DNA from: an uncultured virus (IMG/VR IMGVR_UViG_3300032132_000750)
Taxonomy: Duplodnaviria > Heunggongvirae > Uroviricota > Caudoviricetes
DNA: 64,000 bases
Strand: one strand, 5' to 3'
Virus record (IMG/VR): IMGVR_UViG_3300032132_000750
Shown here: positions 42,908 to 51,001 of the stretch, piece after piece
Position numbering within the stretch: the stretch's first letter is position 1
How the letters are laid out: each line of letters begins with the position of its first letter
Translations under genes and position numbers: made by a program
Notes under the pieces: model-generated
Told to the model about the DNA's origin: nothing
Database searches by the model: none
The model's input: only the letters and a program-made list of their open reading frames with translations

Positions 42908-42989
42908 ATCAAAATGAGGCCATAGCTCAGCTTCCTTCTAACCAACAATGATAAAAACCAGTTGAGCAACTTTCCTCATTAACAATCAA

Positions 42990-43103
42990 GGCCGGATAGT
43001 CTAAAAAGTAGGTGCAATCCCTACCATCTCCATACGCGGAGATGTCCCCGAGGGGGATAAGACGCCAGAAATGGAGATTTAGGTGAAACACCTTCTCCGG
43101 TCA
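42990..43103 (+). ncRNA. tRNA-like RNA with a second permuted tRNA-like module nested in its D loop
   Basis: GGCCGGA/TCCGGTC-A; GTCT..AGAC encloses GTAGG-TGCAATC-CCTAC, CATCTCC/GGAGATG and TCCCC/GGGGA. Confidence 0.5.
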
Positions 43104-43217
43104 TCGTCCTGCCTCTTGTGAATGGCTACGTCCCACGTAGCTGGATGCTAATCAACGTTCCGTTAAACGAACAAGGTTAGATTAGCAAGAGGCGGGACAC
43201 CAACTAGGTAATAAGAT

Positions 43218-43346
43218 ATGAAACTGCGAATCGCTAAAAAGGTCCTCAAAGCTGAGATGCAAGGTCGAACGGTTCGCCGGAAGACCTTGGATGAGGCAAA
43301 GCGTCGAGTAAAAGACAAACCTCGCTGGGATCCGCGAATACAGTAA
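43218..43346 (+). CDS. 42-aa basic peptide (not in ORF track)
   Basis: MKLRIAKKVLKAEMQGRTVRRKTLDEAKRRVKDKPRWDPRIQ, AGGT upstream. Confidence 0.45.
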   Translation: MKLRIAKKVLKAEMQGRTVRRKTLDEAKRRVKDKPRWDPRIQ

Positions 43347-43800
43347 AAACAATACCAAGGCCACAAGACAGCTTCCTTCTAACTTTTCTGATAAAAAAAC
43401 CTAAGTTGTCTAACTTTCCTTGGTTCTCAAACAAAAGAGGCCACAGAAACACTTCCTTCTAACCTACCTGGAAGTTGCGGGTTCGAATCCCGCCCGTGCA
43501 ATGTATGTTGTGCGGTGGAGCAACGGTAGCTCGCCAGGCTCAAAACCAGTGTTTCAACTATCCTTAACAAAACAAGCTAAAGGCCATGAGATGGCTTCCT
43601 TCTACAATATTGGATGTGGGGGTTTTCGGACCCCCTCCTCCCCCTACAAAAACAGCTATCTCACTTTCCTTGGCAACAATCTAACAAACTTTGGCCATCG
43701 AGCGGCATCCTTCTACTAAACGGCCTTGCTTTCTGTAACCTGCGCTAGAGCAGAGCGGCAAGGCTGTTATCAAGCCGCCCCACTTTCCGAGGTAATCTCA

Positions 43801-45933
43801 ATGTCCGTAGCACTGCCTGTTTCTCCGCATCGTGCCAAGCAGAAGATCGCCATCAAGAAGCTCAATGCTCTTGTTTTTGGCCCTGCGCCCGCTGTCGCAT
43901 ACGATAGTGTTCAAGGCGCGTCCACTATCGCCACATCGATGCTCTCATTGGGCTATGTTCCCTCGCGTGAACTTTTCACAGCGATGGCTGCGATGCCCGA
44001 AGAGCAGCTCATCGAAGTACATCGCGATGTGATTGGCATCCTTCAAGAATTGAAGGGTGCTCACGTTAAGCATCAGCCGATGTATCCCAACTTTCCTCAG
44101 CAGGTAATCGATGCATCGCACCTGGAGCTTTTCTCCAACGCGATCTTGCATTACTGGACTGTGGGCGAGTGGCGTCCCACCTACGAAGTTCTTCCTCGTG
44201 AATATTATTCCGAGGAAACCAAGTTCTGGGAAATCGGTTTGACGACCGATGAGCAGTTCCGAGATATTTTCCGCCAACTGCTCGGCTCAAACGATTCCCT
44301 CTCCGATGAGGATAAGGGTTACATCGAGTGGTTCATGCTGAATGAGCCCAACCTGTCCTTCCCCAACGCCATCCCATTCAAAGAGAACATGTGCGTCGTT
44401 GCAGGCATGTTCATCAAGGCTGGAATGCAGCCTGATGAGTTGATGCACACTGCAACTGATGTTCTTCGTGTCATCACCTATCTCAATGACGGTGATGTTT
44501 CTTTGGCGGCCAAGACCAAGTACAAGTCTCTCCCTCGCTCACAGCGCAGGATGTTCGCGAAGCTGCTCAACAAGCACGCCTCCGAGGAAGACGTTCATCG
44601 TCACCGAGGTAAGTGGACTCGCGTTTTCCACTCTCTCCATATTGGAGAGTTCAAGAAGCGTTTTCCTGACATCTGCGCGATTGCGGCAAAGATCCGCAAC
44701 AATGAGACCATCCGCACCTTTAACGGTCGCGTTGATATGGCAATCACAGCACGTCTTGCAGAAAACACAATCGAAATCCTCAAAACCCGTCCCGGTGAGT
44801 TCGCTCGTCGTTTGGATCATCTGTTCCGAATCTTTGGGGACACTGATGACGCCAAGATCATCGGCGGATTCCTTGAGATCGCAGACAAGATTCCTACGCG
44901 AATCCTAATGCAAGTAATGGGTCATCTCCAGACTCGTGATTCCTCTGCTCACAAGGCGTTGAAGGGTCAGGGTCGGGTTGTATTCCCCAAGGGTCACGTT
45001 CAGAAGGCACGTATTCTGCCAGCAGCAGATAAGCCGCTCAATGACGCTAACGTAGCAGCTTTGCGCTCGGGCATTGAAGGGGTTCTGGTAGATCGCTTTG
45101 CAGCCATGCCCACTCTGGGCAAGGTTTACCTCGACCCTGAGTTGATGTTGTGTCCCATCCCGTCGCAGCAACGCTCTGCATCGGAAGGAATGTTCAACGT
45201 CGCTCGTGGAACGCGATTGCCTTTCGGTGACCCCAGCAAGACCACTTTGCGTTTCTTCATCCATTGGGTTAACCCCGGTGTACGAAGTGACCTCGATCTA
45301 AGTGCTACGCTCTATGATGACCAGTTCAACTTTCTGGATGCGGTCACTTACTACACTGGAAAGTCTGATAAGTATCAGGCGCACTTTAGCGGAGATGAAA
45401 CCAATGCGCCTGCTCCGCGCGGTGCTAGCGAATTCATCGACATCACCCTTAGCGCAGCCCAAAAGGGTGTTCGCTATGTAGTAATGGATGTGCGCTGCTA
45501 CACGGGAACCCCTTTTTCCAAGCATGAAGAGTGTTTTGCTGGGTGGATGACGCGCGAAGAGCCCAACAGCAACGAAATCTTCGACGCAAAGACGGTAGAA
45601 GCCAAGGTTGACCTTCGTAACGGGAGTCGCAATGCCATTCCTGCTGTCTTTGACCTCGTAGAGCGCAAGGCTATCTGGTGCGATGTTTCGGGATCATCGC
45701 ACAGCCACCGAAGCGGCAACAATGTTGCTTCCAACAAGGCTAGCATCAAGGAAACCTTGCGTGCAATCGTACAGGCGGCCAATAAGGTTAGCCTCTACAA
45801 GCTCTTTGAGCTTCACGCTAAGGGTCGCGGTGAGATGGTCGAATCTCCCGAAGAAGCGGATACCATCTTCTCGCTCAACCAGGGCATTACGCCTTACGAC
45901 ATCAACACAATCAGCAGCGATTTCCTCGCTTAA
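43801..45933 (+). CDS. ROT/TROVE-like helical protein with C-terminal TerD domain
   Basis: MYPNFPQQV, TATDVLR, RPGEFARRLDHL; C-terminal TerD motifs DLDLSA, FSGD.T.AP...ASEFID; SD GAGGT supports ATG 43801. Confidence 0.75.
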   Translation: MSVALPVSPHRAKQKIAIKKLNALVFGPAPAVAYDSVQGASTIATSMLSLGYVPSRELFTAMAAMPEEQLIEVHRDVIGILQELKGAHVKHQPMYPNFPQQVIDASHLELFSNAILHYWTVGEWRPTYEVLPREYYSEETKFWEIGLTTDEQFRDIFRQLLGSNDSLSDEDKGYIEWFMLNEPNLSFPNAIPFKENMCVVAGMFIKAGMQPDELMHTATDVLRVITYLNDGDVSLAAKTKYKSLPRSQRRMFAKLLNKHASEEDVHRHRGKWTRVFHSLHIGEFKKRFPDICAIAAKIRNNETIRTFNGRVDMAITARLAENTIEILKTRPGEFARRLDHLFRIFGDTDDAKIIGGFLEIADKIPTRILMQVMGHLQTRDSSAHKALKGQGRVVFPKGHVQKARILPAADKPLNDANVAALRSGIEGVLVDRFAAMPTLGKVYLDPELMLCPIPSQQRSASEGMFNVARGTRLPFGDPSKTTLRFFIHWVNPGVRSDLDLSATLYDDQFNFLDAVTYYTGKSDKYQAHFSGDETNAPAPRGASEFIDITLSAAQKGVRYVVMDVRCYTGTPFSKHEECFAGWMTREEPNSNEIFDAKTVEAKVDLRNGSRNAIPAVFDLVERKAIWCDVSGSSHSHRSGNNVASNKASIKETLRAIVQAANKVSLYKLFELHAKGRGEMVESPEEADTIFSLNQGITPYDINTISSDFLA

Positions 45934-45983
45934 TTCAGAAGTTTGGGCTTGTTATTTGATGCCCACGCTAGAAGGACTCTGTA

Positions 45984-46781
45984 ATGTGTATCTTTTCTGG
46001 AGCCGTTGAAAGTGTCAACGCTACCCGTATCTTTGGTCGTATGACCGATGATGGGGTTCAGTATCTCGTCTATCAGATGGATTTTTCCGCTGAGGATGAG
46101 GTAGCAATGATTCTGCCCTTTCCTTGTGACAAGGATCGCGGAGAGCCAGAATTCATCAATCTAGAGGAGTTTCCCGGCTTCTTTAAGGGCTTGGATAAGC
46201 AGTTTCCGAAGCCACGAACGCGCGGCGGGACACGCGGCATGATGAGCAAGGGGATTAGCTTTTCTGCCCCTCTTGCGGTCCACAATGTTGGGGCTTTCGA
46301 AGGCTCTTTCGTGCCGACTATCGAAGACTTTGGTCGTCTTGACAGGCGTTTCCAGCTTCCTACCGCATCCTTAGATGTGATGAAGGTGCTATACGCTGAT
46401 TTCAGCTTTGCTGTGTTCAAGCTAAAAGCTGGTGCGGACCAGAAGGTTCATCCGATGGCCTTCAAGTTTCCATCTGCCCAGCTTGATACGATCTTCTTCC
46501 CGACTGTTCACGTCCATGATGGCGGTTCAGTTCCCGAGAAGGAGACTTTCGATCATGCGCTCTATGTTCAAGTTCCATCTGACAAGCTGGAACGGGATCT
46601 GGCGGCCTACAAAAGGAAGTCCGATTCTCGTGTAGAGATTTCCCCACACAGCTTGACACGCAATATGCCAGAGAAACTGCAACGAGCGCATCAAGGCATT
46701 CTGGCCGATGCTCGTGGTTTCAAGGTCACCTTGAAGGGTCATTATCCTAACCAGGATATGCCCTGGAGTCTGGACGACTAA
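45984..46781 (+). CDS. Conserved hypothetical protein (DUF2330-like N-terminus)
   Basis: MCIFS, AMILPFP, VHNVGAF, HPMAFKF, FFPTVHVHDG. Confidence 0.55.
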   Translation: MCIFSGAVESVNATRIFGRMTDDGVQYLVYQMDFSAEDEVAMILPFPCDKDRGEPEFINLEEFPGFFKGLDKQFPKPRTRGGTRGMMSKGISFSAPLAVHNVGAFEGSFVPTIEDFGRLDRRFQLPTASLDVMKVLYADFSFAVFKLKAGADQKVHPMAFKFPSAQLDTIFFPTVHVHDGGSVPEKETFDHALYVQVPSDKLERDLAAYKRKSDSRVEISPHSLTRNMPEKLQRAHQGILADARGFKVTLKGHYPNQDMPWSLDD

Positions 46782-46873
46782 CAACATGAACGCAGCAACT
46801 CACACCTCTCAGGAAAATACTATGCGGATGAGGAGTCACCCGCCGCCTAGTATTTTAACACTGAGAGACAATA

Positions 46874-47146
46874 ATGAGAGTTCTGCTTCTAAGCAACGAT
46901 GACATCATCGTAGGCGTTGTAGTCTGCGATAACGACACCTTTAAGCGCGTTTGGGTGCTTGAGGAATGGTGGGATGATCCCAACATACCTTGTAATGACC
47001 TTGGTGCGCTAGTTAGCGTTGATACGGTAACGCATGATGATCCAGCCATTCTGGATGAATTCTGTCAAACCATAGTCAACTCTGACGACGGAAACTACAT
47101 CGAAATCGCTCCCTGGTCCTTTAAGACCTGGGGCCTAATCCCATGA
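46874..47146 (+). CDS. Hypothetical protein
   Basis: 90-aa acidic ORF. Confidence 0.5.
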   Translation: MRVLLLSNDDIIVGVVVCDNDTFKRVWVLEEWWDDPNIPCNDLGALVSVDTVTHDDPAILDEFCQTIVNSDDGNYIEIAPWSFKTWGLIP

Positions 47147-47162
47147 TAGAAAAGCGTGAATC

Positions 47163-48068
47163 TTGACCGAGACTGCAACAGCCACATCGCGGGCCGGTGT
47201 TCCTTATCCGATGACAAGTGCGATCCTTGCGTCTAAGGACACCGCAATCGGTGTTGTTCCTGAGTGGAATCCAGTGAACGATGAGCAACGTGCTTTTCTC
47301 GAAAAACACTTTAATCCCACCCGCGAGGAAGTAGGGACTATTGAGGAGATTGAGTCTGTAGCCTCCCCTGATGAAGCGGTAGTAAACGCCTTTCTCAAGG
47401 AACGTGAATTCTCCATTGAACTTGAGCCGCTCGGAGAAGACGAGTACGGAATGGCATCCGTACTCGACTATCCGTGGAAGTGGTTGGAAGAGGGTGATGA
47501 GGACTGCATCAACTACGACAAGGGTGTGGCTGCGGCTACACTTAGTGCTGGCATATCTTTCTTCAAGACCGGAGCTATCTTTGGTGGCGATGATGATCGG
47601 ATCCTGGTTCGTATTCAGACTCAAACTGAAGACGTAATTTGGATGACGATGGAATCCGCCCCCGCTGTGGATTTCGATCTTGTGCTCCAGGCACAGATGC
47701 TTCAAGCGAAAGCGCGAGAAGACGATAGCATCAAGTATGATGCGGTTACTTTCCCGATGATCGACCTTGACCTTGAAACACAGGTTGATTGGTTGATTCA
47801 GATGTGGGGGCTCAACGAGCACGGCCAGAAAGCTACAATCACCCAAGCATTGCAGCAGACTAAGCTGCGGATGAATGAGGTTGGTGGTCGATGTCAGAGC
47901 GCGGCAGCCGTTGCGGCGTGCCTGGAATCTTGTATGGTAGGGCCGGAAAACCCCTTCATTATCGACAAGCCTTTCCTCCTGTGGGTTGAGCGGCCTTCTT
48001 TGAGCCAGCCCTTGTTTGCTCTGCATCTCTGTGAGGATGTTTGGAACAAGCCGGAGGATCTCGAATAA
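47163..48068 (+). CDS. Serpin-like protein (shortened N-terminus)
   Basis: Q.TKLRMNEVG...AAAVA hinge and FIIDKPFLLWV serpin signature. Confidence 0.7.
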   Translation: MTETATATSRAGVPYPMTSAILASKDTAIGVVPEWNPVNDEQRAFLEKHFNPTREEVGTIEEIESVASPDEAVVNAFLKEREFSIELEPLGEDEYGMASVLDYPWKWLEEGDEDCINYDKGVAAATLSAGISFFKTGAIFGGDDDRILVRIQTQTEDVIWMTMESAPAVDFDLVLQAQMLQAKAREDDSIKYDAVTFPMIDLDLETQVDWLIQMWGLNEHGQKATITQALQQTKLRMNEVGGRCQSAAAVAACLESCMVGPENPFIIDKPFLLWVERPSLSQPLFALHLCEDVWNKPEDLE

Positions 48069-48074
48069 CAAAAG

Positions 48075-48225
48075 GCGGTTGTAGTTCCTAGGGAACTCCT
48101 ATTCCAAGCGGAGATCGTTTCTCACTTTAACGCAAGTAGCGTTATCCTCGACGGAGTAGGAATCATAAGTTGTCGGATGACCCGTCATAGGGCTTATGAT
48201 TTAGGTGCAAATCCTTTCAACCGCA
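48075..48225 (+). ncRNA. tRNA-like RNA with expanded anticodon/variable arms
   Basis: GCGGTTG/CAACCGC-A, GTTCC/GGAAC, AGG-TGCAAAT-CCT. Confidence 0.5.
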
Positions 48226-48228
48226 TAA

Positions 48229-48326
48229 GGCAGCCTTGATGGCGTTGGGGTCGTCCCCATTGGTGCTACGGGCTATGAAGCTGTGAAAAGCCAACATCAC
48301 TTGACCAGGCATCGGTCAAGGCTGTC
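48229..48326 (+). ncRNA. Structured RNA closed by a 12-bp stem
   Basis: GGCAGCCTTGAT/GTCAAGGCTGTC. Confidence 0.4.
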
Positions 48327-48335
48327 ACAAAACAC

Positions 48336-48440
48336 GGGCGGATAGTTTAACGAAGGGTGAATGGTTCGACCACGCTCTGACAGGTAAAACGAAGCGCATT
48401 TATCTTTCGCTTCATGCAAGTTCGAATCCTGCTCTGCCCA
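48336..48440 (+). ncRNA. tRNA-like RNA with D-loop insertion and 11-nt anticodon loop
   Basis: GGGCGGA/TCTGCCC-A, GTTT..AAAC, GAAGCG/CGCTTC, GCAAG-TTCGAAT-CCTGC. Confidence 0.55.
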
Positions 48441-48445
48441 TTATT

Positions 48446-48928
48446 ATGACAAAACATCGCGGAATTGGTGGGTTGATTACCAACCCAGACAGAACTCTGT
48501 TCTATCTCCAACAAAAAGATGAGCTATACAGGCATCATCCTCTGGGTTGGAGTTTTTTCGGGGGTGAGCAAGACGGCGATGAGACAGCTAAAGAAGCTTT
48601 ACTCCGGGAGTTTAAAGAAGAGCTTCATGCGGATGCCCGCGATCTTCTTGAAGATCAGATGCGTCGTCGTCGCATAACTGCTGTTTTTGAGGGGGTCGTT
48701 TCAGGGACCAGCAAAGCAACTCAAATATCTTCTGAATTTGAGTTTACACTTTTTGAGATTGTTGTTGCAGATCCGACTTTGTTGGCTCTAACAAAGCTAC
48801 CATCTTACGAGGGTAGGGGCGGGCTCTTGGTTGGTCGAGACGTTGTTTCAAAACTCGATTGGATCTGGGGTTTGGAAGACGTATTCAAGAACTATCTTGA
48901 AACCAGAATCTATCTTGAAAAATGCTAA
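48446..48928 (+). CDS. Nudix hydrolase
   Basis: Nudix box GGEQDGDETAKEALLREFKEEL. Confidence 0.88.
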   Translation: MTKHRGIGGLITNPDRTLFYLQQKDELYRHHPLGWSFFGGEQDGDETAKEALLREFKEELHADARDLLEDQMRRRRITAVFEGVVSGTSKATQISSEFEFTLFEIVVADPTLLALTKLPSYEGRGGLLVGRDVVSKLDWIWGLEDVFKNYLETRIYLEKC

Positions 48929-49689
48929 TCCCATCGCACAAAGATACAGCTACTCTTCGTCGCATGTTGGCGTCTGTTTGGCCGAAGATTAATGCGGCTG
49001 GCTGTAGTATTGCCTCTACACAAGAAACCCATCGCAACTACTTTGCATGGTGTGTACGTAGAAACTATAATCCCCAGGATTGGGTCAGTTTCAATACCTA
49101 TTTTGGTCTCTACAACGAAGACAGGGGCAAGATTCGGACTCGTGGCCTCTCTCTGGCTCTCCTAGAGCAACGATTTGGTCGGGGTTGCGGTGGTGGGCCT
49201 CTTTCTTCTGCGCCCAGCACAGACTCTTGGAGGCTGTCTCTGGTCGCGCAGTGCGTTGACCTTCATGATGTGCCTGCCGAAAAGCAAGAAGAAGCGGTCA
49301 GAGACCGTCACGAACTCTACCCAACAAAACGAACAACAGTTCGCATTGAAGCAACAATACCTGAGCCAGTAAAAATTTATGCGTGGGCTCCACGAGACTT
49401 TAATAAAGTTGACATTACTTTTTCTGCTGCGATAAAGCTTCCTTGGGGATGTCAGCATCAATGTAGATGTGAGATCAAAGTAAACACACACTCTACTCTT
49501 GATACTGTTCTACATGATATTTGTGTTGCGGCTTTGGGACCGGAGTTTGTCTCTCGCCCCGCTAACAAGACAAAAAAAATCTTCACCACCGTTCAGCCTT
49601 ACAAATATCGCCCTAAAAAGCTAATCAAACGCTGCTTAGAGTTTGAACGTGAAGCTGGAAAGTTTCGACGAACGGCGGACTACTTTTAA
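48922..49689 (+). CDS. Hypothetical protein
   Basis: 255-aa ORF. Confidence 0.55.
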   Translation: MLIPSHKDTATLRRMLASVWPKINAAGCSIASTQETHRNYFAWCVRRNYNPQDWVSFNTYFGLYNEDRGKIRTRGLSLALLEQRFGRGCGGGPLSSAPSTDSWRLSLVAQCVDLHDVPAEKQEEAVRDRHELYPTKRTTVRIEATIPEPVKIYAWAPRDFNKVDITFSAAIKLPWGCQHQCRCEIKVNTHSTLDTVLHDICVAALGPEFVSRPANKTKKIFTTVQPYKYRPKKLIKRCLEFEREAGKFRRTADYF

Positions 49690-49698
49690 CCTTGAGGG

Positions 49699-49726
49699 TT
49701 GCCAGCAAGGGTAGCCCAGGTATAAT
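49699..49726 (+). promoter_or_regulatory. Sigma70-type promoter upstream of tRNA-Leu
   Basis: TTGCCA-16 nt-TATAAT. Confidence 0.6.
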
Positions 49727-49787
49727 GACGCAACGAGGGACACATTTCGCTTCACTTGCGACGTGTGCTTCTGCAATCGCCAAACTC

Positions 49788-49871
49788 GCGGGTGTGGCGG
49801 AATCGGCAGACGCGCCGGATTTAAAATCCTGTTCCTTTCGAGGAGTGTGGGTTCAAGTCCCACCACCCGTA
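49788..49871 (+). tRNA. tRNA-Leu(TAA)
   Basis: GCGGGTG/CACCCGT-A, anticodon loop TTTAAAA, long variable arm, T loop TTCAAGT. Confidence 0.93.
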
Positions 49872-50057
49872 TTCTAGCGGGGCGATGATGTTTCGGCATC
49901 ATCGCCCTGCTAGTCTTATTCAAGGAAATAATATGTTGGCATGGACTCTTCCTCTCGTATTTTGGCTCATGCCTATGAACGATATAACTATCGAACGGCC
50001 TATGGAGCCACAACATCTTTGCTGTTGTAGATGCTACGACTGTTGGGGAGATAACTG

Positions 50058-50537
50058 ATGCCTACCTATCCACTGACCTTTTCTGTATCAACAACAGACT
50101 CTGATCCCAAAGCAGATCACTGGAACCACGAAGAAGGCGATGCTTTGTTACAGGTCGCTATTCCAGAAGAGTTTGGCGGCTCAGGAAACGGCTACTCACC
50201 AGAAGATTTTCTGGGGATGGCACTGACGAATTGTTTTCTCGCTACTTTTCGTGTTTATGCGAAGCTTTCTAAGCTCTCCTATGAAGAACTTGAGGTTAGC
50301 GTTTCCTATGACGTTGATTATGGGGAGAAAAAGCAACTTCAAGTAACCAGGGCTCATTTCAACGTTGCTTTGCGCGCAGGTAACGAAGAAAGAATGTCTC
50401 GGTTGTTGAAAAAGGTTTCCACAGGCTGTATCATGCTTAACAGCTTGAAGGTCGAAAAAACCTTTGATTTTAAGGTGAATCCGCTCGAATTTGAGGTCCA
50501 AATTGGACAGACAGATAAGAATGAACCTTCTAGCTGA
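50058..50537 (+). CDS. OsmC/Ohr family protein
   Basis: PEEFGG.G...SPEDFL..AL.NC and second Cys in GCIMLNSL. Confidence 0.85.
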   Translation: MPTYPLTFSVSTTDSDPKADHWNHEEGDALLQVAIPEEFGGSGNGYSPEDFLGMALTNCFLATFRVYAKLSKLSYEELEVSVSYDVDYGEKKQLQVTRAHFNVALRAGNEERMSRLLKKVSTGCIMLNSLKVEKTFDFKVNPLEFEVQIGQTDKNEPSS

Positions 50538-51001
50538 GAAAGCTAAAAAGGCTACCGAACAATCTTGCGCACAATGCGCTGCCAAAAAGGAGACCAAGGC
50601 CGCTGAAAAGGCGATCTTGGTCCCTTTGCATTCTGCGCTTGATGGCCTACCGCAGAGTTTTTGGGATGCTGATTTAGTTGGCTGGATTATTCCTGTTTGT
50701 GAAGACTGTTTCTCCCTCTATGCCATAGAAATGGATTCTTCTTCTCCAGAGGAACGTTTCGGAGTGACCATCAAATGGGTAACGCCACTAATATCCCAAC
50801 AGAACTAGACTATTTCTGGGCTGACAGAAACCAACCACGTCTGCCTGAAAGACCCAACTCCTCGTCTCTTCGGAGAGAAATTTCGAGAACTCGCTCTCGA
50901 ACTATTAAAAGAAAAGATCCTATAACGGGTCGATACAGACGAATAAAAACGGATGGAAAGTCACGACAGGGTCATTACAGTGATTCAGGCGAAATACTAG
51001 A

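Larger units (their letters stand above)
42913..43792 (+). ncRNA. Array of five Y-RNA-like structured repeats (42913-42980, 43354-43424, ~43436-43565, 43576-43674, 43689-43792)
   Basis: Conserved GGCCAY-stem-C(T/A)TCCTTCTA...stem'-ACTWTCC with co-varying stems; unit 3 holds a permuted tRNA module. Confidence 0.75.

Noticed and set aside
42913..43792. CRISPR array
   Set aside because: Units are bipartite, irregularly spaced and conserved by pairing rather than identity; no cas genes in the window
43420..43800. ORF 43420-43719 and the 43726 TTG start
   Set aside because: They overlap the structured repeats; the SD position supports ATG 43801
49636..50016. ORFs 49692+ and 49636- (likewise the 5' part of 42423+)
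   Set aside because: They are translations across tRNA genes
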